Assembly (NCBI GenBank): GCA_013285805.1
Contig: JABDGY010000001.1
Span: forward strand, 3,212 to 67,211
DNA length: 64,000 bases
Direction: 5' to 3'
Source of the DNA: Bacteroidota bacterium
Lineage (GTDB): Bacteria > Bacteroidota > Bacteroidia > JABEUT01
Shown: piece by piece, positions 53,672-63,500 of the stretch
Numbering within the stretch: position 1 is the first letter of the stretch
How the letters are laid out: every line of letters starts with the position of its first letter
The notes under the pieces: generated by a model
What the model was told of the DNA's origin: nothing
The model's database searches: none
Seen by the model: only the letters and a program-made list of their open reading frames with translations
Position numbers and translations under genes: made by a program

Positions 53672-54670
53672 ATGGAATTTTCTGCAAATCAAATAGCTGC
53701 GTTAATTGGCGGCAAGGTAGAGGGCAATGGCGATGTGAAAGTTAATAAGCTCTCTAAAATAGAGGAAGGCACTCCCGGTTCACTTACATTTCTTTCCCTC
53801 CCTAAGTATGTGGAGTATCTTAAAACTACTAAGGCATCGGTTATTATTGTAAGCGATGGTATTACCGACGAAAAGCCGGCCAACACTACCCTTATAAAAG
53901 TAAAAGACTCCCGCCATGCGTTTAGTATTTTGCTCGATGCATACCACAAACAGCAATTTGCCAAATCAGGTGTTGAAGAATTTGCGGTAGTGTCGAAATC
54001 GGCTAAACTGGGCGAGAAAGTATATGTAGGCTCTCATTCATACATTGGCGAAAATGTTTCTATAGGTAACGGAGTTTATATTTTCCCTAACGTATATATT
54101 GGCGACAACTCTAAAATCGGCGATGGCTGCCTTATTTACCCCGGTGTTAAAATTTACCGCGAATCGGTTATAGGTAAAGATTGTACCTTCCATTCGGGAG
54201 TGGTAATTGGCTCCGATGGCTTTGGCTTTGTCCCCAACGAAGAAAACAACTACCGCAAAATGCCGCAGGTAGGTAATGTAATTATCGGGGACCATGTTGA
54301 AATAGGCTCCAACACCACTATCGACCGCGCTACCATGGGCTCTACTATTATAGGCAAGGGTGTAAAGCTCGATAACCTAATACAGATTGGCCATAATGTG
54401 GAAATTGGCGAAAACACAGTGATAGCTGCCCAGGCAGGTGTGGCCGGCTCTACTAAAATAGGCCGCAACTGCATGATTGGAGGACAGGTAGGCATTATAG
54501 GACACTTAACCATTGGCAATGGCGTTAAAATTGCCGGCCAATCGGGTGTTGGTGCCGACCTGCCCGATAACGCTGTGGTACAGGGCTCTCCTGCTATTGA
54601 CCACCTCGACTACAAAAAATCGTACGTGCTTTTCAGGCGACTGCCTGAGCTTTATAAGAAGCTGAAATAA
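53672..54670 (+). CDS. lpxD: UDP-3-O-acylglucosamine N-acyltransferase
   Basis: The N-terminus [19 protein letters not shown], the hexapeptide helix and the gene order lpxD-lpxC/fabZ-lpxA support the call. The ATG at 53672 is preferred over the TTG at 53657. Confidence 0.9.
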   Translation: MEFSANQIAALIGGKVEGNGDVKVNKLSKIEEGTPGSLTFLSLPKYVEYLKTTKASVIIVSDGITDEKPANTTLIKVKDSRHAFSILLDAYHKQQFAKSGVEEFAVVSKSAKLGEKVYVGSHSYIGENVSIGNGVYIFPNVYIGDNSKIGDGCLIYPGVKIYRESVIGKDCTFHSGVVIGSDGFGFVPNEENNYRKMPQVGNVIIGDHVEIGSNTTIDRATMGSTIIGKGVKLDNLIQIGHNVEIGENTVIAAQAGVAGSTKIGRNCMIGGQVGIIGHLTIGNGVKIAGQSGVGADLPDNAVVQGSPAIDHLDYKKSYVLFRRLPELYKKLK

Positions 54671-54772
54671 GTAACATTCCCCTGTTAAGTTCTTCGTTAA
54701 AAAATGGTCGGTTTCTAAACGAAAAAAGCTTATTATTGCACATTAGTATTTTATTCGTTTAACTCTTTATAT

Positions 54773-56227
54773 ATGAGTGTAAAACAACGTACCATAAAAA
54801 AACCCGTAAGCGTATCGGGCAAGGGCTTGCATACGGGCATACCCGCCACGGTAACCTTTAAACCGGCTCCTGTAAACCACTGGTATAAATTCAAGCGCAT
54901 CGACCTACCCAACCAGCCTGTAATTGATGTGGATGTAGACAATGTGTCTGATACTGAACGGGGTACGACCCTTCAGCAGAACGGAGGAAAAATTGCCACT
55001 ACTGAGCATTTACTGGCTGCCCTTGTAGGACTAGAAATTGATAACGTTCTTATAGAAGTAAACGGCCCCGAAATACCCATTATGGATGGCAGCTCAATGC
55101 CTTTTGTACTGGCGCTGGAATCGGCCGGAACCGTGGAACAGGATGCGGAGCGTGTTTATTTTGAACTGAAAGAGATTGTTAGCTATGAAGACCAGGCCAA
55201 GCATATAGAAATGCTTGCCGTGCCGCAGGAAACCTTCAGGCTTACCGTTATGGTCGATTATAATTCGGCAGTACTTGGTACGCAGCATGCCACCATATAT
55301 TCAGCCAGCGAGTTTAAGAAGGAAGTGGCATCATGCCGCACCTTTGTTTTCCTGCACGAACTGGAATTGTTACTCTCGCACAACCTCATTAAAGGCGGTG
55401 ACTTAGATAATGCCGTAGTACTGGTTGACAGGGATATACCCCAGGAAAAACTCGATTATCTTGCCAAGGTGTTCAACAAGCCTAACGTAAAAGTTGTTCA
55501 GAGGGGCATACTTAACAATACTGAATTAAAATTCTTTAACGAACCTGCCCGCCATAAATTATTGGATATGGTTGGCGACCTTGCTTTAGTAGGAATGCCC
55601 TTAAAGGCGCATATTTTGGCTGCAAGGCCGGGCCATTCGGGCAACGTTGCATTTGCCAGGAAGCTAAGGGAGGCCATTAAAAAAGATAAAAAAGGTGCAC
55701 CAAGGTTCAACCCTGCTGCTGATGCCATACTGAACATTAACGACATAATGAAGCTGCTGCCGCACAGGCCCCCCTTCCTGCTGGTTGATAAAATACTCGA
55801 GCTCAGCGCAACCCATGTGGTTGGCGTTAAGAACGTAACCATGAATGAAGATTTCTTCCGCGGCCACTTCCCCGGAAGCCCTATAATGCCCGGAGTATTG
55901 CAGATAGAAGCTATGGCGCAGACAGGAGGGATACTTGCCCTTAAATCTGTTCCCGACCCTGAGAACTACCTCACCTACTTCATGAAAATTGATAATGTAA
56001 GGTTCCGTCAACAGGTATTGCCGGGCGACACCCTTATATTCCACCTTGAACTGATAAGCCCTGTGCGCCGTGGTATTTTCCACATGAAAGGCACAGCTTA
56101 TGTGGGCGATAAAATTGCTACCGAAGCTGAAATGATGGCACAGATAGTAAAGACTAAGGGCACCAACGGAAGCAGCACCGAACAGAAGTTTGAAGCTGTA
56201 GAGAATGTAAAGCAATTAATAAAGTAG
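54773..56227 (+). CDS. lpxC/fabZ: bifunctional UDP-3-O-acyl-GlcNAc deacetylase / 3-hydroxyacyl-ACP dehydratase
   Basis: The LpxC N-terminus is QRTIKKPVSVSGKGLHTG...TTEHLLAAL. The FabZ C-terminus is LPHRPPFLLVDKI...FFRGHFPGSPIMPGVLQIEAMAQ. Confidence 0.92.
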   Translation: MSVKQRTIKKPVSVSGKGLHTGIPATVTFKPAPVNHWYKFKRIDLPNQPVIDVDVDNVSDTERGTTLQQNGGKIATTEHLLAALVGLEIDNVLIEVNGPEIPIMDGSSMPFVLALESAGTVEQDAERVYFELKEIVSYEDQAKHIEMLAVPQETFRLTVMVDYNSAVLGTQHATIYSASEFKKEVASCRTFVFLHELELLLSHNLIKGGDLDNAVVLVDRDIPQEKLDYLAKVFNKPNVKVVQRGILNNTELKFFNEPARHKLLDMVGDLALVGMPLKAHILAARPGHSGNVAFARKLREAIKKDKKGAPRFNPAADAILNINDIMKLLPHRPPFLLVDKILELSATHVVGVKNVTMNEDFFRGHFPGSPIMPGVLQIEAMAQTGGILALKSVPDPENYLTYFMKIDNVRFRQQVLPGDTLIFHLELISPVRRGIFHMKGTAYVGDKIATEAEMMAQIVKTKGTNGSSTEQKFEAVENVKQLIK

Positions 56228-56239
56228 AACGAATCAAGT

Positions 56240-57052
56240 ATGATATCTCCGCTCGCGTATATAGATAAAGATGCAAAAATAGGGGCCAACGTAACCGTAG
56301 GGCCCTTTGCCGTTATTCATGGCAATACTGAAATAGGCGAAGGAACCATTATCGAAAGCCATGCTGTAATAATGGAAGGCTCACGCATTGGTAAACACTG
56401 CCATATATTTCCTGGGGCAGTTATATCGGGCCTTCCGCAGGATTTGAAATTCGTAGGTGAAGAAACTACAGTGGAAATAGGAGATAATACCGTTATACGC
56501 GAATATGTAACCATTAACCGTGGCACCAAAGCCAACTGGAAAACAGTGCTTGGCAAAAACTGCCTCATTATGTCGTATGTGCATATAGGGCACGACTGCA
56601 TTATTGGCGACCATGTAATATTATCAGGCTACTGCGGCCTGGCAGGGCATGTGGTGCTGGAAGATTATGTAATACTGGAAGGATATTCAGCCGTTCAGCA
56701 GTTTATAAAAATTGGCGCACACGCTTTCTGCGCAGGCGATTCAAAAGTGCGTAAAAATGTTCCGCCTTATGTGAAATGCGCCCGCGAACCCCTTTCTTAC
56801 ATTGGTGTAAACTCAGTAGGGTTAACCCGTCGCGGTTTCTCCGCCGAAATAATTAAACAGATAGAAGACACTTATCGCCTGCTCTATGTAAAAGGCGCTT
56901 CAATACCCACTGCCCTTAAACAGATTGAGTCTGAAATACCGGCATCGAAAGAGAAAGAACATATAATACAGTTTATACAGGAATCTGTTAACGGCATTAT
57001 GAAAGGGCCCGTTCGTGTAAAAGAAACAGCTTCCGAGTCAGTTTCGAAATAA
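56240..57052 (+). CDS. lpxA: acyl-ACP--UDP-GlcNAc O-acyltransferase
   Basis: It has a hexapeptide helix, and its C-terminal helical domain contains VGLTRRGFS. Confidence 0.9.
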   Translation: MISPLAYIDKDAKIGANVTVGPFAVIHGNTEIGEGTIIESHAVIMEGSRIGKHCHIFPGAVISGLPQDLKFVGEETTVEIGDNTVIREYVTINRGTKANWKTVLGKNCLIMSYVHIGHDCIIGDHVILSGYCGLAGHVVLEDYVILEGYSAVQQFIKIGAHAFCAGDSKVRKNVPPYVKCAREPLSYIGVNSVGLTRRGFSAEIIKQIEDTYRLLYVKGASIPTALKQIESEIPASKEKEHIIQFIQESVNGIMKGPVRVKETASESVSK

Positions 57053-57061
57053 CTTACGGTA

Positions 57062-57676
57062 ATGAATATAAAGCTTCAGAACGTAGGTAAACGCTTTGAA
57101 CGAAACTGGATTTTCCGCAACATTTCTTTAGAATTTACCCAAGGCAAGCGCTATGCAGTACTCGGGCCAAATGGTTCGGGTAAATCTACCCTTATGCGTA
57201 TTGTCTCAGGCAACGTAACTCCGTCGGAAGGAACAGTGGAGTATTCCAACAACAGTGGCAATGTAAGTATCGACAATGTTTTCACTCATGTATCTATTGC
57301 TGCCCCGTACCTCGATTTACCTGAAGAATATTCACTGGAAGAAATAATTACGTTTCATAAAACATTTAAAGCAATTGAAAATAATCTTTCGGCAAAAGAA
57401 ATTATAGAACTGCTCGAACTTTCGCATACCAAAGAAAAACTGTACAAATATTTTTCGTCGGGTATGAAACAACGCGTTAAGTTAGGCCTTGCCATACTCA
57501 GCGCCACTCCCCTGCTTCTGCTCGATGAACCCTCCACTGCCCTCGATGCCAATGCTGTAACATGGTACCAGCGCATGATTAACGATTATGCCATAGGCAA
57601 AACCATTCTCGTATTCTCAAACAGCAAGCAGGAAGAATATAATTTCTGCGAAGAGAAAATTTCCATTGGAAAATAA
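57062..57676 (+). CDS. ABC transporter ATP-binding protein (stand-alone, 204 aa)
   Basis: Walker A GPNGSGKST, signature FSSGMKQR and Walker B LLLLDEP. Confidence 0.8.
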   Translation: MNIKLQNVGKRFERNWIFRNISLEFTQGKRYAVLGPNGSGKSTLMRIVSGNVTPSEGTVEYSNNSGNVSIDNVFTHVSIAAPYLDLPEEYSLEEIITFHKTFKAIENNLSAKEIIELLELSHTKEKLYKYFSSGMKQRVKLGLAILSATPLLLLDEPSTALDANAVTWYQRMINDYAIGKTILVFSNSKQEEYNFCEEKISIGK

Positions 57677-57680
57677 TGGT

Positions 57681-58481
57681 ATGGACTTTTCACCTCTTGA
57701 ACATTCTGATCTTGATTCATTAAAAGAATTTCAACCCGAAGCCTGGACCGACATTGTTCCGCACAACCGGTATTTCATCGACTCACCATTTTGTTACCCG
57801 CTGAAGTTGACCATCAATAATAAACTTGTTGGTATAGGCACCTATATAATGCACGCCGATACGGTGTGGCTGGCTCATATAATAATACATAAAGAGTACA
57901 GAGGGCATGGCTTTGGCACGCTTATAACCGAAAAGCTTGTAAATAGTATCGATCATAAAAAGTTTAAAACCATTTACCTTATAGCAACGGAATTAGGCGA
58001 GCACGTTTATAAAAAACTGGATTTTATAACAGAAACAGAATACCTGTTTTTTAAAGACAGCCAATTAGATAAAAACATTCCTATATCGCCTAACATTATT
58101 CCCTTTGAAGAAAAATATAGAATACAGGTGATTGATCTGGACAAAGAAGTATCGGGTGAAGACAGGGAAAACCGGTTGAAGGAAACAATAAACTCATCGC
58201 TGCTTTTTATAAAGAATAATGAATTGCTGGGTTGCTATTTTCCCAACCTGGGTGAAGGAATGATAATAGCCCGTACACCGGAAGCTGGAATTGAATTAAT
58301 GAAATTGCGCTTGCAGTCGAAAGAGCAAACTATAATGCCTGTAGAAAACAACACAGCTATGCAGTTTCTTCTTTCTAATAACTATAAGGAAGTGCGCAGG
58401 GCAAAAAGAATGTTACTTGGGGAACGACGTCCATGGAAACCCACCCTTCTATTCAACAGGGTTAACGGGCAGTTAGGATAA
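57681..58481 (+). CDS. GNAT-family N-acetyltransferase with a C-terminal extension
   Basis: The acetyl-CoA-binding region is IIIHKEYRGHGFGTLI. The ATG at 57681 is preferred over the TTG at 57666, which would overlap the ABC gene. Confidence 0.6.
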   Translation: MDFSPLEHSDLDSLKEFQPEAWTDIVPHNRYFIDSPFCYPLKLTINNKLVGIGTYIMHADTVWLAHIIIHKEYRGHGFGTLITEKLVNSIDHKKFKTIYLIATELGEHVYKKLDFITETEYLFFKDSQLDKNIPISPNIIPFEEKYRIQVIDLDKEVSGEDRENRLKETINSSLLFIKNNELLGCYFPNLGEGMIIARTPEAGIELMKLRLQSKEQTIMPVENNTAMQFLLSNNYKEVRRAKRMLLGERRPWKPTLLFNRVNGQLG

Positions 58482-58608
58482 TCATCCGGGCTTTACCTTC
58501 ACTATTTTATTGTTTACCGATACATAAACTGTGTTCAAATAATAACGGTTACGTTTTTATGGTATGCACGTATACATTTAGAAAGCGAATAACTTAATAC
58601 CCTGACTT

Positions 58609-60258
58609 ATGCCAAGGACGAAAATACACGAGCATGCGCAAACCCATAAGGGGCCCGAAATCAAAAAAATTGAAATACGGCATTTGCAGGTAAGCGATTA
58701 TATCGGGTTATCAGACACTATGGCCGAAGCTTATAAAAACTGGCACGGCACATTGTGGTCGAAGGATGATATACAAAGGTTGATTGATACATTTCCGGAA
58801 GGCCAGATAGTGGTTTTGGCGAATGATAAAGTTGTAGGTACGGCGCTCTCCATTATAGTGAACTATGATGACTTTGGCGACGAACACACATATAGGGAGA
58901 TAACAGGTAATTTTACTTTCAATACCCACGACCCCGACGGAGATACACTATATGGCATTGAGGTTTTTGTTCACCCTGAATTCCGGGGCCTGAGGTTGGC
59001 AAGGCGTTTATATGATGCAAGGAAAGAATTATGCGAAAAACTGAATTTAAAGTCTATTGTATTTGGCGGCAGGATACCGAGCTATGCTAACTACTCAACT
59101 ACACTTAACCCAAGGCAGTATATTGAAAAAGTAAAGACCAAAGAGATATACGACCCTGTGCTTACCTTCCAGTTATCGAACGAGTTTCATGTAATAAAAC
59201 TGTTGAGCAACTATATGCCCGGCGATGAAGAATCGAAGGCGTATGCAACACTTATGGAGTGGAACAATGTGTTGTATACCCATAAAAGCAGGCATGCGGT
59301 AGGTCCAAAAAGCAGTGTCCGCTTAGGTCTTGTACAATGGCAGATGCGTAGTTTCAAAACTTTTGAAATGTTATGTGAGCAGATTGAGTTTTTTATGGAC
59401 ACCGTAGCAGGCTATAAATCCGATTTCATTCTTTTCCCGGAATTGTTCAACGCCCCGTTAATGGCTGAATTCAATAACCAGTCGCAGGCGGAAGCCATAC
59501 GCAGCCTAACCTACTATACCGAATTGCTGCGCGATAAGTTCATTAATTATGCCATTTCGTTCAATGTTAATATTATAACGGGTAGCATGCCATTCATCCG
59601 CAAAGGGCAATTATATAATGTAGGCTATTTGTGCAGAAGAGATGGCTCTATTGAGCGATATACTAAAATACACGTTACTCCAAATGAGGTTAGCGCCTGG
59701 GGAATAGTTGGAGGAAGCAGGCTTAGGGTATATGATACCGACGCGGGTAAAATAGGAATCCTTGTTTGTTATGATGTAGAGTTCCCTGAACTGGCCAGGT
59801 TGCTTGCACTACAGGGAATGGAGATATTATTTGTCCCATTTCTTACCGATACACAAAATGCATTTACGCGGGTAAAGTGCTGCGCACAGGCACGCGCTAT
59901 TGAAAACGAATGTTTTGTGGCTATTGCAGGTTGCGTGGGTAATTTGCCTAAAGTGCATAATATGGATATTCAATATGCACAATCTGGTGTATTTACCCCG
60001 GCCGATTTTGCGTTTCCTACCAATGGAATAAAAGCCGAGGCCACACCTAATTCAGAAGCTGTTCTTATAGCCGACCTTGAAATGGACCTGCTGAAGAAAG
60101 TACGCATGCATGGCAGCGTTCATAACCTGCTCGACAGGCGCACCGATGTATATGAATTACGTCAGCTTAAACCTAATGGCCGGCTCGACCTGCTTAAAGA
60201 ACACGCAAGAAAGGGAGGCTATACTTTCAATGTAATTAATCCCAATATATTGAAATAG
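58609..60258 (+). CDS. bifunctional GNAT N-acetyltransferase / carbon-nitrogen hydrolase (nitrilase superfamily) protein
   Basis: The N-terminal GNAT segment is VFVHPEFRGLRLARRLY. The C-terminal CN-hydrolase carries the E-K-C triad context (FPELF..., YTKIHV, GILVCYDVEFPE). Confidence 0.78.
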   Translation: MPRTKIHEHAQTHKGPEIKKIEIRHLQVSDYIGLSDTMAEAYKNWHGTLWSKDDIQRLIDTFPEGQIVVLANDKVVGTALSIIVNYDDFGDEHTYREITGNFTFNTHDPDGDTLYGIEVFVHPEFRGLRLARRLYDARKELCEKLNLKSIVFGGRIPSYANYSTTLNPRQYIEKVKTKEIYDPVLTFQLSNEFHVIKLLSNYMPGDEESKAYATLMEWNNVLYTHKSRHAVGPKSSVRLGLVQWQMRSFKTFEMLCEQIEFFMDTVAGYKSDFILFPELFNAPLMAEFNNQSQAEAIRSLTYYTELLRDKFINYAISFNVNIITGSMPFIRKGQLYNVGYLCRRDGSIERYTKIHVTPNEVSAWGIVGGSRLRVYDTDAGKIGILVCYDVEFPELARLLALQGMEILFVPFLTDTQNAFTRVKCCAQARAIENECFVAIAGCVGNLPKVHNMDIQYAQSGVFTPADFAFPTNGIKAEATPNSEAVLIADLEMDLLKKVRMHGSVHNLLDRRTDVYELRQLKPNGRLDLLKEHARKGGYTFNVINPNILK

Positions 60259-60511
60259 CAAAAAATTGTCGTTTTAACATTGCATTCACTTAACATTTGC
60301 ATAGTATTCCCTTAAAATTACCGCTCACCGATATTCTTTTTAATAACCTCCATTATATCAGGTATATGCTCCTTATTGTATTATTCTAAATGGTTTTAGG
60401 TTTGTTAACATGCTATTAATTTTCAGGAAAAGGGTAAAGTCTTATTTCGCACTCATTAAAATTTTACCTTAGCACAATAATCTTACTTTCCCCAGCATTG
60501 AATTCCCTGCA

Positions 60512-63500
60512 ATGAGAAAACTTTATTTTGTTTTTATAGTATTTATATTGGCAGGACATAGTATTGGCTTTTGCCAGACCTCACCGGCTACCTTCATTTG
60601 CAACAGTGGTTCCCAGGGAACGGGAACCATACAAACATTCACAGTGCCCCCTTGTGTAGATACTATAACCATAGAGGCATGGGGTGCGCAGGGAGGTAAC
60701 GGAGGAGGATTAGGAGCAGATATTAAAGGAACCTTTGCGGTTACTCCGGGAGAAGTATTAAATATATTAGTCGGGCAAGCAGGAACTGTTAATGGCGACG
60801 GCGGTTCGGGAGGCGGCGGAAGCTTTGTTGCCGACGTTACTAATAATGCATGGGTTGTTGCCGGAGGCGGCGGCGGTACAAGTGGTACAGGCTCCGGAGG
60901 CGATCCTGGACTTACTACCACGGCTGCGGGCAATGCCGGAAACGATGGAGGAACAGGAGGCAGCGCAGGCGGCGGCGGTGGCGGCGGAGTGGATAATGCT
61001 AGCTGCACCAGCGGCGATGGCGGCGGCGGATTTTGCGGAAACGGAGGCGGAAGTTCAAATGGCGGTGCTGTCGGAGCCGGAGGCGTTGGCTGCGTTAACG
61101 GAGGAAATGCAACAGGAATTCCACTATGCGCAGGCGGAGGATTCAGTTATTTAAACGGCGGAGCTGGTGGGCTTGGCTGCACCGGCGGCGGCGGATGCAG
61201 CAATAATGCAATATCCGGCGGCTATGGCGGCGGTGGCGGCGCTTGCGGCAGCGGTGGCGGCGGCGGTGGCGGTTATTCAGGCGGAGGTGGCGGCGGTTAT
61301 TCTTTTTTGAATGGTGGCGAAGGCGGCGGCGGCGGTTCATATAATAACGGAATAAATCAAACTAATACGGCCGGTGTTCAATCGGGGAATGGCCAGGTAA
61401 TAATAACATGGAAGGCTTCTACTGCAACAGCAACTATAACAGGAAGTACCAATGTAAGTTGTAATGGAGGCAGTGATGGAACAGCCACTGTTACAGCAAC
61501 AGGAGGGGCTCCCTACACATATTCATGGAATCCCGGAGGACAAACCAATCAAACTGCCACAGGCTTATCGGCAGGGACCTATACCGTTATTGCTACTGAT
61601 GCCCTGGGCTGTACAGCAAAAGATTCTGTTACTATTACACAACCTGCTCCTTTGCACGACTCAATTGTTTCATTTACCAACGTATCGGTAGCCTGCGGAA
61701 GCAACGGCACCGCAACGGTAGGCGTGAAAGGTACGGGCCCCTTTACATATTCCTGGAATAACGGGCAAACTTCTTCTACAGCCACTAACCTTGCTGCCGG
61801 CACTTATACAGTAATTGTTACCAATACCAGCGGCTGCACTACAAAAGATTCTGTTACTATTACACAACCTCCATCCCTAACCGTAACAGTCCCCACTACT
61901 GTAAATGACTTGTGCAATGGTGGAAATACCGGTAGCGCTACGGCCAGTGTAACAGGGGGAAGTGCGCCTTACAAATATTCATGGAACAATGGAGAAACCT
62001 CATCGAAAGATTCATTACTACCTGCAGGCAGTTACACTATATCGGTAACCGATGCTAACGGATGTACCGTAACCGCGACAGTAGTAATAAACCAGCCACC
62101 AGCCATACGCGATTCAGTTGCCATAACCGTGAATGTATTATGCAACGGCGGAAATACAGGTAGCGCAACAGCAGGAGTTAAAGGCGGAACAGCGCCTTAC
62201 ACCTATACATGGAGCAATGGCGAAGGCGTTGCTAAAGATTCGCTTCTTGCCGCAGGCACCTATACACTTATAGTGAAAGATGCCAATGGCTGTAAAGACA
62301 GCACCAATGCTACCATAACACAACCAGCAGTGCTTAAACTTACGGCGGCAGCCTTTGCTGCAAGTTGTAACGGCACCTGCGATGGTTCGGCAAACGTAAT
62401 ACCTTCGGGTGGAACGGGCCCTTATAAATACCTGTGGAGTAACGGGTCAACCAGTGTGAATGCCAATAACCTTTGTGCCGGGAACTATTCAGTTGTGGTT
62501 ACCGATGCCAATGGATGCGTGCACGATTCAACACCGCTTACAGTTACGGCCCCTCCGGCTATAACCGCCACTATAAACTCTGTTTCCGCTTATTGCAACC
62601 AGTCCGATGGTTCTGCCAATGTTACTGTAGCCGGCGGCACTCCCCCCTACACCTATTTATGGAGCAATGGTAACACCACAACAAACGCAACCAACCTTAA
62701 GCCCGGAACCTATTGCGTTAAAGTTAAAGACGCCAATAATTGCATTGACTCTGTTTGCACAGTTGTGCCTAACACACCGGGCGAAACTGCGAGCATAGCC
62801 ACCACAGTAAATGTAACCTGCAACGGAGGCGCTAACGGAAGCGCCACAGGAAGCGCAGCCGGAGGAACAGCCCCTTATACTTATTCATGGAGTAACGCTC
62901 AGACTACACAAACAGCAACCGGCCTTGTTGCAGGCACCTATACATTAACGGTTACCGATGCAACAGGCTGTAAGGATACTGCTGTTGCAACTATAACTGA
63001 ACCGGCGCCATTTGTTATTACAGTTACAGGCAATGCACAGCTTTGCATTGGTCAGAAAGAAACACTAACTGCATCGGCCACAGGCGGAACATCTCCATAT
63101 ACCTTTACATGGAATGGCACTACCGTGGGAACCACTTACGTAGTTAACCCTACTGTAACCACTAATTATTCGGTGGTTGTAACCGATGCCAACGGTTGTA
63201 TTTCAAACACTACCGTTATACCTGTAAAGGTGCGCGATTCGTTACATCTTAACGCTCCACCTGTAACACCCATGTGCCAGGGCGACACAGCTATATTATC
63301 GGCTCTGGCGTCAGGCGGAGACAGCGTATATAGCTATTCATGGGCTCCGGGAGGGCAAACCACTTCAACCATTACCGTATCACCTACTTCAACCACAACA
63401 TACACTGTTACTGTAACTGATAATTGCGGAACACCATCGGTATCGAAAACAATTATTGTAAACCTCTTCCCATCGCGCCCTATTTCATTTACTGCCGATA

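Noticed and set aside
9679-56215. Long antisense ORFs inside well-supported genes, for example 9679..10161, 11434..12156, 32443..32961, 47196..47771, 49302..49724 and 55664..56215.
   Set aside because: Each lies fully within a gene that has strong family motifs on the other strand. Their translations are low-complexity (Ser/Pro/Ile-rich) with no motifs.
60523-61340. ORFs antisense to, or in other frames of, the glycine-rich region: 60523..61008 (poly-Pro, minus), 60792..61154 (plus, off-frame) and 61143..61340 (Arg-rich, minus).
   Set aside because: They are frame shadows of the GGC/GGA-rich region of the long plus-strand adhesin ORF (60512 onward). Their low-complexity composition is exactly what reading poly-Gly codons in other frames produces.
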